A stretch of DNA of 41,528 nucleotides, taken from the IMG/VR virus record IMGVR_UViG_3300042945_000290. One strand, written 5' to 3'. Made by a program: the position numbers and the translations under genes. This stretch comes from a virus. Below are positions 23,468-32,210 of this stretch, one piece after another (within the stretch, counting starts at the first letter, position 1; the number at the start of each line of letters is the position of its first letter). Below the pieces are notes generated by a model, which saw only the letters and a list, made by a program, of their open reading frames with translations, did not search any database and was not told where the DNA came from.

Positions 23468-24360
23468 TGGCTACACTCAGTCAGTTAACCGAACAAACAA
23501 TTGGTGAAGTCAGTTCTTATGTTAGGAACCAAGAATCTGTAACGATTACCACAGCATTAACAACAGCATCTGATTTAACTATAACAGTTGATGATGCCAC
23601 CGCTTTAAGTAAAGGTATCGTAGAGATTAATGATGAACTTCTTTATGTAAAGAAGTCAGTTCAATCAAGCGGTACAATTCAGATACTAGGTACTGCTGGT
23701 AATCCAACAGGTAGAGGATGGCGTGGTACTACCGCCACTAGTCACATCTCTGGCTCTGTTGTTAGAAACAATCCATTGTTTCCACGGACTCAAGTTAAAC
23801 GAGCAATCCTTGAAACAATTAAAGGCATGAACTTTCCTGTCATAGCCAATGAAACATTTACATTTAATGGTAGCGATTATTCATACATAATGCCAGATTC
23901 ACTAATAGATATTACTGGTGTGTCTACAGAACTACCAGACTCTACAGGAGTCTGGGCTTTAATCAAACGTTGGAGATTAGATACTAACTATCTAAACGGC
24001 AATACAACTGGGCAAGCGTTGATTCTCAATGAATCACCACAACCTGGTATGCCAGTTCGTGTTCAGTATACAAAGTATCCAACAACAATTACTGATAACC
24101 AAGATCTAACAGTTAGCGGTCTACCTTCATCATGTGAAGATGTAGTTCGTCTGGGTGCTATGTATCGTTTGTTATCAACAGTTGATCCAGGAAAGGTTAC
24201 TGCAACATCGGTATCTGCTGATGCGCTTGATCAACCTGTATCTGCTGGTGCCTCTACAAATGTAGCAAAATATATTTTCCAGCTTTATACCGTCCGCCTA
24301 GCGGAAGAGATATCAAAGCAACAAGCCAACTTCCTTAACACTATCCAGTACTCGAGGTAA
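23467..24360 (+). CDS. virion structural protein (297 aa), tail/adaptor candidate
   Basis: TAATG overlap. The segment IVEINDELLYV...GRGWRGTTATSHISGSVV resembles the module seen near the N-terminus of the next (fibre) gene. Confidence 0.75.
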   Translation: MATLSQLTEQTIGEVSSYVRNQESVTITTALTTASDLTITVDDATALSKGIVEINDELLYVKKSVQSSGTIQILGTAGNPTGRGWRGTTATSHISGSVVRNNPLFPRTQVKRAILETIKGMNFPVIANETFTFNGSDYSYIMPDSLIDITGVSTELPDSTGVWALIKRWRLDTNYLNGNTTGQALILNESPQPGMPVRVQYTKYPTTITDNQDLTVSGLPSSCEDVVRLGAMYRLLSTVDPGKVTATSVSADALDQPVSAGASTNVAKYIFQLYTVRLAEEISKQQANFLNTIQYSR

Positions 24361-24362
24361 TA

Positions 24363-25940
24363 ATGCCATCACCATCACGTTACTACAGTTCTACCGCTGC
24401 CAAGACAACCTTGGCTAATTCTATTTCCAATGTGTCTACAAGTCTTGAACTTGCAGCAGCAACAAACTTACCCGCTCAATATCCTTATACGCTTATCCTT
24501 GAAAAGGATACAGCCAATGAAGAGATCGTCGAAGTTACCAGTCTTGTAGGAACCGCCTACCAGATCACACGTAACATAGATAACTCAGGTGCTAAGTCAC
24601 ACTCAGTTGGTGCTCTTGTAGAGCATGGTGTATCAGCAAGAGACTTTACAGAATCTCGTGCTCATGAAGTTGCAACTACTGCACATGGTGTAACTGGAGA
24701 TGTGGTTGGTACTGGTGGCGCACAAACCCTTACAAGTAAAACTTTAACTACACCGATTATTGCTGGTGCTACCATATCTGGAGCATTCACATCTACCGCA
24801 ACAATTACTGGTGGAACTATTACTGGTGCGGTGGTAACTGGTCTTGCTACACCAACTGCTACATCAGACGCTGCTACTAAAGGATACATTGATACATCTG
24901 TAAATAGTGCTGCAGCCTCTGCTTCATCCGCTGCTATATCTGCATCTTCTGCTTTAACATCAGCCTCATCTGCATCAACCTCAGCAGCCAGCGCATTAAC
25001 TAGCCAAACTGCTGCAGCTTCTAGTGCAACCGCTGCTGCTACCTCAGCAGCGAGCGCAGCAACATCTGCAAGCACTATGGCTGCAAGTGTTAGCTCGGCA
25101 CAAACAAGTGCATCAAGTGCAGCGACAAGTGCTGCCTCTGCTTTAACATCACAAACTTCGGCAGCAACATCTGCAACAAGTGCTGCCACTTCGGCTACAT
25201 CTGCTGCCAATAGTGCTACTGCTGCTGCATCATCTGCAACTACTGCTGCTGCATCTGTTGCAACGATTGCTGGTTATGCATCCGCTGCTGCGGCATCTGA
25301 AGCCAATGCTTTAACAAGTGCTAACTCGGCAGCCACATCAGCATCTAGTGCTGCTACTTCAGCATCTACTATGGCAGCCAGTGTTACATCTGCTGGTATA
25401 TCAGCAAGTTCGGCTGCAACGAGTGCGTCATCTGCACAAACATCGGCAACTGCTGCAGCTACTTCGGCTGCTAGTGCGTCAACATCCGCATCCTCTGCTT
25501 TAACTAGCCAAGGATCAGCAGCTACTTCTGCTTCTTCTGCTTTAACTTCTCAAACCGCTGCAGCAACTAGTGCAACTAGTGCTGCAACATCAGCATCATC
25601 AGCATTGACATCTCAAACATCGGCTGCCACATCTGCCACATCTTCAGCAGCAAGCGCAACGCTTGCCTCTGAATGGGCAACCAAAACTACTGGCACGGTA
25701 GATGGAACTGAATACTCTGCTAAGTATTATGCATCTATCGCTAACCCTGCTGGTGCAATTAACGCAGCAAGTTTTACCGCTAAGGGTGTAACCCTTGTCG
25801 GAACAGGTGTTGGAACATTCACCCAGCTTTCCGCTGGAACGAATAACCAATACCTAGTCGTAGATACTTCTACGGCAACTGGTCTGAAGTACATAACACT
25901 TCCAGATCCGATTTCACCGCTACTACTGATGGGAGCCTAA
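24363..25940 (+). CDS. Tail fibre protein with long Ala/Ser/Thr repeat shaft (525 aa)
   Basis: N-terminal EEIVEVTSLVGTAYQITRNIDNSGAKSHSVGALVEHGV and HGVTGDVVGTGGAQTLTSKTLTTP are fibre-like. They are followed by about 250 aa of SAATSASSALTSQT-type repeats. Confidence 0.75.
   Translation: MPSPSRYYSSTAAKTTLANSISNVSTSLELAAATNLPAQYPYTLILEKDTANEEIVEVTSLVGTAYQITRNIDNSGAKSHSVGALVEHGVSARDFTESRAHEVATTAHGVTGDVVGTGGAQTLTSKTLTTPIIAGATISGAFTSTATITGGTITGAVVTGLATPTATSDAATKGYIDTSVNSAAASASSAAISASSALTSASSASTSAASALTSQTAAASSATAAATSAASAATSASTMAASVSSAQTSASSAATSAASALTSQTSAATSATSAATSATSAANSATAAASSATTAAASVATIAGYASAAAASEANALTSANSAATSASSAATSASTMAASVTSAGISASSAATSASSAQTSATAAATSAASASTSASSALTSQGSAATSASSALTSQTAAATSATSAATSASSALTSQTSAATSATSSAASATLASEWATKTTGTVDGTEYSAKYYASIANPAGAINAASFTAKGVTLVGTGVGTFTQLSAGTNNQYLVVDTSTATGLKYITLPDPISPLLLMGA
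24900..25670 (+). repeat. In-frame degenerate tandem repeats (Ala/Ser/Thr heptad-like) in the fibre gene
   Basis: Iterated gct/gca/tct/act-rich units. The long antisense ORF 24662..25210 is a composition artefact of these repeats. Confidence 0.85.
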
Positions 25941-25943
25941 CCA

Positions 25944-26273
25944 ATGGCAACAACATATAAAGTGCTGGGGCAAGTAAATCCTACAGCAGCAACGGCAACA
26001 ACGTTATATACAGTACCAGCTGGTACACAGACAGTTGTATCAACAATCTCTGTGTGTAATTTAACTCAAGGAGAATTGTTGTTTCGTATAGCAATACGAC
26101 CAGCTGGTGAAACATTAGCTACAAAACATTACATTGCATATGATGCAAAGGTAGCTGGCAATGACACAACTTTTATTACGGTTGGAGCAACACTTGGTGC
26201 TGGAGACATAATCACTGTTTATGAATCTGCAGCAGATATCACATTCAACGCATTTGGAAGCGAGATAGCATAA
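25944..26273 (+). CDS. hypothetical tail-module protein (109 aa)
   Basis: Located between two fibre-like genes, with a TAATG overlap downstream. Confidence 0.75.
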   Translation: MATTYKVLGQVNPTAATATTLYTVPAGTQTVVSTISVCNLTQGELLFRIAIRPAGETLATKHYIAYDAKVAGNDTTFITVGATLGAGDIITVYESAADITFNAFGSEIA

Positions 26274-28234
26274 TGTCAGTATCTAAACTTTTACAAGGTG
26301 GTGGAGCTAATGATTTTAATATAGCTCTTACTGGTCCACAAAGTTCTGTTACACTCGATAAAGAATATTCTGTTGGTGCATACACAATTGCATCAGCTGG
26401 TGCAGATACATCTTTTGATATGTATGCATACAACTCGGCTGGAACATTAGTTGGTTATACAAACACTCCGTCACTTGCAGTTAGTGGAGGATTTGTTAAA
26501 CTAGTAATTTTAGGTGGAACAACTGGAGATCTTTTAAGCTTTACGTATAAAACAACTTACAATACCTCACCAGATAATGATGAGGTTACAGCTGGTCCTT
26601 TCATCACATCGATGACTACTACAAGTTTTCCAACAACTACCAGCACTGCTGGCATTACAGGTGGAAACTTTGCATCTGGAATAACTGGAACCTTTACATC
26701 AGCATCAACTTCAACTGTATATTCAGCAACGGTTACAAGAAATAGTGTTACATCTTTAACAGTACAAAGACCAGAAACATTGCCAACTGCTTACAACCCA
26801 TACTTTCTTAAATTATCCAATCCTGGGGTTACCGATCCTACTGGTTCAAATGTAAATAGGTTTACTGTAAATGCTGGATCTGGTGTGCCAACATGGGTAA
26901 CAACATCCCCATTAGCAACTTTTAATAAAGGTGTAGCTTATTCTGTAACGCTGTCAGCAACTGATGCTGATGGAGCGGTAACCTATTCTATTATTTCTGG
27001 TTCTCTTCCTAATGGTCTCACACTTAATGGAACAACTGGAGTTATTTCTGGAACACCAACAACGGAAACTCCAGCAACTATTGGAGTTCGAGCAACTGAT
27101 ACTGGCGGAAATATAGCTGACATTACATTAAGTCTTCCTAATACAATACCGTCAATCAGTAATACAACTCTTCAATTCCTTGGCGCAACGATGCCAACTC
27201 TTAATATTACTAACGATTCAGGCGGAAGTGTTACCGTAACAATTGCTGCTGGAGCATTACCATCAGGCGTATCAATGTCATCATCAGGAGTATTTTCTGG
27301 CACAGTTTCTGCAAGTGGAACTGGAACAATAACATTAACTATTACTGACTCTGGTGGACAATCATCAACTACAGGTGCTATTGCAACACTGTTTAGAACA
27401 CAAGCAGCTGGAGGAACATTTACTTACAATGCTCTTCCTCCTTTCTACTTTCCAACTGACATTATTTCCAACTTCCCAGTAGGAACTGCAACAAGCTTTG
27501 CATTACCAGCAGGTATAAATTCATATAGAATTATTGTTGGCGGTGCAGGCGGATCAAGCCCAGGGCGAAGTGTTGGTGGAACTGGTGGATATGTCGCTGC
27601 TGATTACACAAATCTTGCACATCTAAATTCTCCAATTACTGTAACTGTTGGTGCTGGTGGTATGTCAGGTGGTGGAAACCAAGGCGGTGGCGGAGGTGGC
27701 TGGACTGGCGTAAAGCGCAGCGATAATACTCATTTATTGATAGCTGGTGCAGGTGGATCTGCTGGTGGCGAAGAAGGCAGTACTCCAGGTACTGGTGGTA
27801 ATGGTGCTGGCGGAAACCTAAGCGGTACTGCTGGTGGTAATGCTGCATCTGGTGCACAAGGTGGTGCTGGTGGAACAACTAGCAGTGGTGGCAGTGGCGG
27901 ATACGGAAACTATAACGGAACAGGCGGTTCTGGCTCTGCATTCCAAGGCGGTAGCGCACCTGGTGGAGATGGAAATGTAGAAGGCGGAGCACCTGGTGGT
28001 GGTAACGGTGGATACGGTTACGGCGGTGGCGGTGGCGGAGGAGCAGGTTACTACGGCGGTGGCGGTGGCGGAGCACAAAGCAATTCTTCATCAGGCGGAG
28101 GCGGGGGTAGTGGTTTCTATAACACCTCTTACGGAACGCTTGTTACTGCAACACAAGGTGGCGGTAGCGCAGGTGGATCTACATATGGTGGCACTGGCGG
28201 TAACGGATACGTAAGACTAGTTGTTCTTTCTTAA
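26273..28234 (+). CDS. Tail fibre/receptor-binding candidate with Ig-like (He_PIG-type) repeats and a Gly-rich C-terminal domain (653 aa)
   Basis: YSIISGSLPNGLTLNGTTGVISGTPT and AAGALPSGVSMSSSGVFSGTVS match the putative-Ig-domain signature. The C-terminal ~230 aa are GGxGG-rich and end in GGNGYVRLVVLS. Confidence 0.75.
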   Translation: MSVSKLLQGGGANDFNIALTGPQSSVTLDKEYSVGAYTIASAGADTSFDMYAYNSAGTLVGYTNTPSLAVSGGFVKLVILGGTTGDLLSFTYKTTYNTSPDNDEVTAGPFITSMTTTSFPTTTSTAGITGGNFASGITGTFTSASTSTVYSATVTRNSVTSLTVQRPETLPTAYNPYFLKLSNPGVTDPTGSNVNRFTVNAGSGVPTWVTTSPLATFNKGVAYSVTLSATDADGAVTYSIISGSLPNGLTLNGTTGVISGTPTTETPATIGVRATDTGGNIADITLSLPNTIPSISNTTLQFLGATMPTLNITNDSGGSVTVTIAAGALPSGVSMSSSGVFSGTVSASGTGTITLTITDSGGQSSTTGAIATLFRTQAAGGTFTYNALPPFYFPTDIISNFPVGTATSFALPAGINSYRIIVGGAGGSSPGRSVGGTGGYVAADYTNLAHLNSPITVTVGAGGMSGGGNQGGGGGGWTGVKRSDNTHLLIAGAGGSAGGEEGSTPGTGGNGAGGNLSGTAGGNAASGAQGGAGGTTSSGGSGGYGNYNGTGGSGSAFQGGSAPGGDGNVEGGAPGGGNGGYGYGGGGGGGAGYYGGGGGGAQSNSSSGGGGGSGFYNTSYGTLVTATQGGGSAGGSTYGGTGGNGYVRLVVLS

Positions 28235-28260
28235 ATAATTAAAATCAAAAGGAGAAATAA

Positions 28261-28449
28261 ATGAACGCACAATTTAAAGCAGCATCTTTATCATGGTTTC
28301 GTGCAGCAGCATCTGCTGCAGTAGCACTATACCTAACAGGAGTAACGGATCTAAAGACACTAGGAGCTGCAGCATTGGCTGGATTCCTTGGACCAGTTCT
28401 TAAGTATTTGGATTCATCAGCAACTGAGTTTGGACGAGGCGCAGAGTAA
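28261..28449 (+). CDS. Holin-like small membrane protein (62 aa)
   Basis: AAGGAG RBS. Two hydrophobic segments (AAASAAVALYLTGV and LGAAALAGFLGPVL). It is the first gene of the lysis cluster. Confidence 0.5.
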   Translation: MNAQFKAASLSWFRAAASAAVALYLTGVTDLKTLGAAALAGFLGPVLKYLDSSATEFGRGAE

Positions 28450-28452
28450 CAA

Positions 28453-28656
28453 ATGACACCTAACGAATGGGCTGGCATTGCCGTAGCCGTTTTCACTTTG
28501 ACTGCTGGCTTTGCCAGCTTAGTTCGTTGGCTAGTAAAGCACTACCTTGTAGAGCTTAAACCAAATTCTGGATCGAGTCTTCGTGACTCCGTCGATAGAT
28601 TGGAGCGACAAGTTGAAGAGATTTATCGCATCCTTCTTTCTCGCAATAACTCTTAG
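28453..28656 (+). CDS. Type-II membrane protein with helical ectodomain (67 aa), i-spanin-like
   Basis: N-terminal TM segment WAGIAVAVFTLTAGFASLVRWLV followed by a charged helical tail SLRDSVDRLERQVEEIYRIL. Its 3' end overlaps the lipoprotein ORF, which is in the +1 frame. Confidence 0.6.
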   Translation: MTPNEWAGIAVAVFTLTAGFASLVRWLVKHYLVELKPNSGSSLRDSVDRLERQVEEIYRILLSRNNS

Positions 28657-28804
28657 CGGTTGCGGTTACCAAGGCTGGGTTAGATATCCCTGCCAAGAGT
28701 TTGAGAATTGGGAAAAGCCTGAGTGTAATCCCCCACAATGTTTACCAACTGGTACTTGCACCAAAGACATTTTGCCTGGAGTATTTGATGAACCAAAGAA
28801 ATAA
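28613..28804 (+). CDS. Small Cys/Pro-rich lipoprotein (63 aa), o-spanin-like
   Basis: TTG start at 28613 with GGAG 7 nt upstream gives MKRFIASFFLAITLSG-C, a canonical lipobox. The track's GTG at 28583 is an alternative start. The mature part is CGYQGWVRYPCQEFENWEKPECNPPQCLPTGTC... Confidence 0.55.
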   Translation: MKRFIASFFLAITLSGCGYQGWVRYPCQEFENWEKPECNPPQCLPTGTCTKDILPGVFDEPKK

Positions 28805-29063
28805 ATTAACCCCAGAAGAGCTACACGCAAGACTGATTGTAACAATTGGAATCATCCTTGCAATTGTATTTGCTGGTTCTGTCTTTGCATTGCTCTATGC
28901 ACTGCTATTTATCACACAACCATTAGGCGAACAGGCACCTAACGATGCTGCATTTATTGATCTTGTTAGTACCTTGTGTGTATTTCTTACTGGTTCTCTT
29001 GCTGGAGTACTTGCAGGAAACGGATTAAAGTCTAAACCAAAAGAGAAAAAAGATGGAGAATAA
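28788..29063 (+). CDS. Multi-pass membrane protein (91 aa), second holin candidate
   Basis: I chose the internal ATG at 28788 with a GGAG RBS. Hydrophobic stretches are LIVTIGIILAIVFAGSVFALLYALLFI and FIDLVSTLCVFLTGSLAGVLAG. Confidence 0.6.
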   Translation: MNQRNKLTPEELHARLIVTIGIILAIVFAGSVFALLYALLFITQPLGEQAPNDAAFIDLVSTLCVFLTGSLAGVLAGNGLKSKPKEKKDGE

Positions 29064-29569
29064 TGAAACCTGTAGCCAAGAGAGCCACGCCTGCTGCTCT
29101 TGCTGTGCTTCGCCAAGCGACGGCACTGCAACCAAAGCGGAAGAAAGCAAGCGATGGTCTTCTACCATCTGCTGCTCACCAGAAAGCGAGCCCCAATTCG
29201 GATCACAATACTGGGCTAGCAGTAGACCTTACCCATGATCCAGACAATGGTATTGACTGTGCAGAAATTTTTGAGAAACTTAAAGAAGACAAACGTGTTT
29301 CATATCTTATCTTTCAGGGTCGGATCTGGTCTAAAGAAAAATCCAAGCTGGGAGACAGACGGTACACTGGGAGTAATCCTCACAATAAGCATCTGCATAT
29401 TTCTATTGTTGCTAGTGGTGCTGCCGATACTTCTCCTTGGTTTTGGTGGATGAATCAACCAAAGATTATTAATCAAGTTAAGGCAGCCGTTGCTGCCATC
29501 CCAATAAAGAAAGCTTACCCAGCAGAAGATACATCTAAATGCTGTCAGCACTGTCCATCTAAGAAGTAG
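29063..29569 (+). CDS. Endolysin candidate, LAS/M15-type zinc peptidase (168 aa)
   Basis: SDHNTGLAVDL (SxHxxGxAxD) plus NPHNKHLHISI (HxH) fit the LAS metallopeptidase zinc-ligand pattern. TAATG overlap with the membrane-protein gene. Confidence 0.6.
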   Translation: MKPVAKRATPAALAVLRQATALQPKRKKASDGLLPSAAHQKASPNSDHNTGLAVDLTHDPDNGIDCAEIFEKLKEDKRVSYLIFQGRIWSKEKSKLGDRRYTGSNPHNKHLHISIVASGAADTSPWFWWMNQPKIINQVKAAVAAIPIKKAYPAEDTSKCCQHCPSKK

Positions 29570-29578
29570 GGGTAAATC

Positions 29579-31486
29579 GTGGCAACGACCAACAAATATC
29601 TTAAAGGCGATCTGCCTATTGTTATTAGTACCAATATCCCTACTGCATTGGTTAGATACCAACGTGATGACTTTGCTGCTAGTTATGCAATAGGTAATAC
29701 CCCTTGGCTTTCAGCTGCATCTGACGACAATCGCATTAGTCGTATTACTACGACATATCAAAAAGAACGTATCGATCAAAGCTCTACTACTGGTGAGCAA
29801 TCTCTTACTAACTGGTGGTTAAGATCTGCTACATCATGGCACCATGGTGCTGGTGAAAGATTCTATGACGCTGACTCAAGCGACTTGTTTAGATTCTACG
29901 AATCAAACAATATAGATCCATGGACTCTTGGCGAGATTCAATTACTACCAGCTACCACTAACTTAAGCACCGCTGCTGCAAGCAGTCCTGCTACCGTGGC
30001 GGGTGGAACATTTTTTATATCAGGTGGTAACGTACATTTTTATAATGGAACTACATCCACATCTACATCTTTGGGAACATCAGCAACCGCACAGACATTA
30101 ACATCAGATGGTACCTTTGCAATTGTTGGTGCTAGTAATGGTATCTATCAGGTGAGCACAGCCTTGGCTGTGACTAAATTATGGAACAAACCAACCGCAG
30201 TAACAACACAAACCGTTCAATCAATTGGTTATGTTAAAGATCGTATTGTTGCTGGCATTAAACATGATAATACTGATATGCATTTATATGAATTATCTCG
30301 CAACCCGAGCTCCCCTCCTGCCACTATGTCGAATTCAGAAGTTAGATTTACTTACCCAAATACATCATTAACATTTAATTCTATATCAGAATTACCTGGT
30401 GCTATTATAGTTGGATACACACAGGGAACAGTATCTAAAGTACAGTCTTATACAATTAATCCGTCATCACCATTAGCTGCAATTAGTGATCCTAGTATTA
30501 TCGCAGAATTACCTAGAGGTGAAACATTAAATCAAATTCGTTTATACTTAAACGAGTTTGTTATTCTTGCTACAACTAAAGGTGTTCGTGTAGGAATAGT
30601 ATCAACAGATAATGCATCATTTACATATGGACCGCTTAATGTAGAAGGCGATGTCAAGGACATAGCCTTCAATGAATCTTATGTATATGCATGTAGATCT
30701 GAATTGTATTCTGGCTCCGCTGGGTTATGGCGTTTAAATCTAGGTCAAGCCGTCGGCAGTGGTTATGCTTATGCATCCGATCTTGTAACAGATAGTAATG
30801 TTCCCAATGGTGTTGCTTTCATTGGAACATCTGGAAGAAAATTTATTACATCAGCTTCTGGTGTATGGATAGAATCGGCAACAGTTAAAGCCACATCTGG
30901 TTATTTAAAATCTGGATGGATTCGATGGGGAACCTCAGAAAAAAAGCAACCAGTTAATCTTACATTGTCATCTATGCCTGAAACTGGTGGAGTTTTAGGT
31001 ATGGAAGTTGTTGATCAGACAGATCAATCTATATCTATTGGTTCCTTACCTTTGGGGCAATCAGTTGAAATTGGATTGTCTGGATCTATTCAACCAGCAG
31101 ATCATTTTGAAATTACATTTAACTTTACACGCAGTACATCAGATACTACTAAGTCACCAATACTTGAGACTTGGCAGATACGTGCATTACCTGCACCGTT
31201 AAGATCAAGAACACTTACGATACCATTACTATGTTATGAAGAAGAAAGAGACCCTAATGGAAATGTTAAACACTCAAACCCATGGGAGAGAATCTCTTAC
31301 CTTGAACGTATTGAACAAAATGGTGGAGCAGTCTTATACCAAGACTTTTCAAGTGGAGAAGAAAGAGTCTGTGTTATCCGTGCTATTCAGTTTGAGCAAG
31401 CAGCACCTCCCACTTTTGCGAGCGGGTTTGGAGGAATAGTAACTATTCAGTTGCAAACTATTGATACTGAAATTGCTATTCAATGA
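29579..31486 (+). CDS. large hypothetical protein (635 aa), virion/tail or cell-wall associated
   Basis: GTG start with an AGGGG RBS. I recognised no motif. It lies between the endolysin and the PG-binding protein. Confidence 0.8.
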   Translation: MATTNKYLKGDLPIVISTNIPTALVRYQRDDFAASYAIGNTPWLSAASDDNRISRITTTYQKERIDQSSTTGEQSLTNWWLRSATSWHHGAGERFYDADSSDLFRFYESNNIDPWTLGEIQLLPATTNLSTAAASSPATVAGGTFFISGGNVHFYNGTTSTSTSLGTSATAQTLTSDGTFAIVGASNGIYQVSTALAVTKLWNKPTAVTTQTVQSIGYVKDRIVAGIKHDNTDMHLYELSRNPSSPPATMSNSEVRFTYPNTSLTFNSISELPGAIIVGYTQGTVSKVQSYTINPSSPLAAISDPSIIAELPRGETLNQIRLYLNEFVILATTKGVRVGIVSTDNASFTYGPLNVEGDVKDIAFNESYVYACRSELYSGSAGLWRLNLGQAVGSGYAYASDLVTDSNVPNGVAFIGTSGRKFITSASGVWIESATVKATSGYLKSGWIRWGTSEKKQPVNLTLSSMPETGGVLGMEVVDQTDQSISIGSLPLGQSVEIGLSGSIQPADHFEITFNFTRSTSDTTKSPILETWQIRALPAPLRSRTLTIPLLCYEEERDPNGNVKHSNPWERISYLERIEQNGGAVLYQDFSSGEERVCVIRAIQFEQAAPPTFASGFGGIVTIQLQTIDTEIAIQ

Positions 31487-31704
31487 TAGACACAAATAAA
31501 TTACTAACACTTGTTGGACCAGATCAAAGAAGTGAGCTAGTTACGAAAGTTCGTATAGCTCTTAATGTTGCTGGAGATGATCTGCTTGATGCTCCCCTAC
31601 AGGAAATGTTAAAAGGGTTGCAGCGTCGCTATGACATCCCAGCAGTCGGGTGCATCAATATAGCCACGCTGGATGCGCTCGCAGTTGCTCCACCAGAATG
31701 GTAG
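31483..31704 (+). CDS. Stand-alone peptidoglycan-binding (PG_binding_1-like) domain protein (73 aa)
   Basis: LQEMLKGLQRRYDIPAVGCINIATLDAL resembles the xLQxxLxxxGxxxxxDGxxGxxTxxAL motif. ATGA overlap with the upstream gene. Confidence 0.55.
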   Translation: MIDTNKLLTLVGPDQRSELVTKVRIALNVAGDDLLDAPLQEMLKGLQRRYDIPAVGCINIATLDALAVAPPEW

Positions 31705-31715
31705 GGCTAGAAGGA

Positions 31716-31748
31716 GAGGGGGATCTTAATTGATCCCCCTCTTTTTTT
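31716..31748. terminator. Strong terminator, potentially bidirectional, at the end of the late block
   Basis: GAGGGGGATC-ttaatt-GATCCCCCTC (10 bp) followed by T7. The convergent minus-strand ORF ends at 31751. Confidence 0.85.
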
Positions 31749-31750
31749 AT

Positions 31751-31891
31751 TTAATAAGCGGATTTATCTTTGTTTAAAATTCTTAAAGCCCAATCCAATC
31801 CGTGATTGAACCCATCCATCCACTCGTAATCCTTATGTTCCTTGGGAAGATGCGTCTTCGCATCTTCTATTCTTTTAATGAATTCTTCCAT
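31751..31891 (-). CDS. small hypothetical protein (46 aa from the internal ATG; 63 aa in the ORF track)
   Basis: A lone minus-strand ORF ending at the terminator, with a protein-like sequence EEFIKRIEDAKTHLPKEHKDYEWMDGFNHGLDWALRIL. The RBS is weak, and a 9-bp hairpin lies inside it. Confidence 0.35.
   Translation of the reverse strand: MEEFIKRIEDAKTHLPKEHKDYEWMDGFNHGLDWALRILNKDKSAY
31846..31876 (+). terminator. Second plus-strand hairpin with a T-rich tail
   Basis: GAAGATGCG-tctt-CGCATCTTC (perfect 9 bp) followed by TATTCTTTT. A third hairpin, GGCTCGC-ctga-GCGAGCC, lies at 31903..31920 followed by TTTCCC. Confidence 0.35.
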
Positions 31892-32018
31892 ATATCTTTC
31901 ACGGCTCGCCTGAGCGAGCCTTTCCCTCCCACCTCCCCTCAACCCTATCAGATTGTTGGTAAGAATTACATGCGTGTCGTTGCACGAGATTGTCAGTGCC
32001 TTGGTTTATTCTACTGGT

Positions 32019-32210
32019 ATGAACGAACTTCCTCCGCATAGATCCTATAGTCAATTGTCTACTTGGCAATCCTGCCCACAAAAATACTATCTTAGCAAAG
32101 TGGCTATGGTTCCAGAGAAACCTGCGGTATATCTTGCTGCTGGTTCTGCTGTCCACTCCATGCTGGAGTGGCTTAACCATGAGCTCTACAAGAAGCAACT
32201 TGACAATTGA
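32019..32210 (+). CDS. Cas4/RecB-like PD-(D/E)XK exonuclease, N-terminal fragment (63 aa)
   Basis: MNELPPHRSYSQLSTWQSCPQKYYLSKV...LAAGSAVHSMLE matches the N-terminal Cys and GSAVH motifs of the family. The frame stops at 32210. No clear SD, so the start is uncertain. Confidence 0.55.
   Translation: MNELPPHRSYSQLSTWQSCPQKYYLSKVAMVPEKPAVYLAAGSAVHSMLEWLNHELYKKQLDN

Noticed and set aside
24662-25210. The 182-aa minus-strand ORF and the 61-aa plus-strand ORF (25318..25503) inside the fibre repeat region
   Set aside because: They are composition artefacts of the Ala/Ser/Thr codon repeats. The fibre frame is continuous with fibre-like N- and C-terminal ends.
27636-28214. Four overlapping ORFs (His/Gln-rich, Thr/Ala-rich) within the Gly-rich domain
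   Set aside because: They are alternative frames of ggtggcgg repeats with no start context. The main frame is continuous from 26273.
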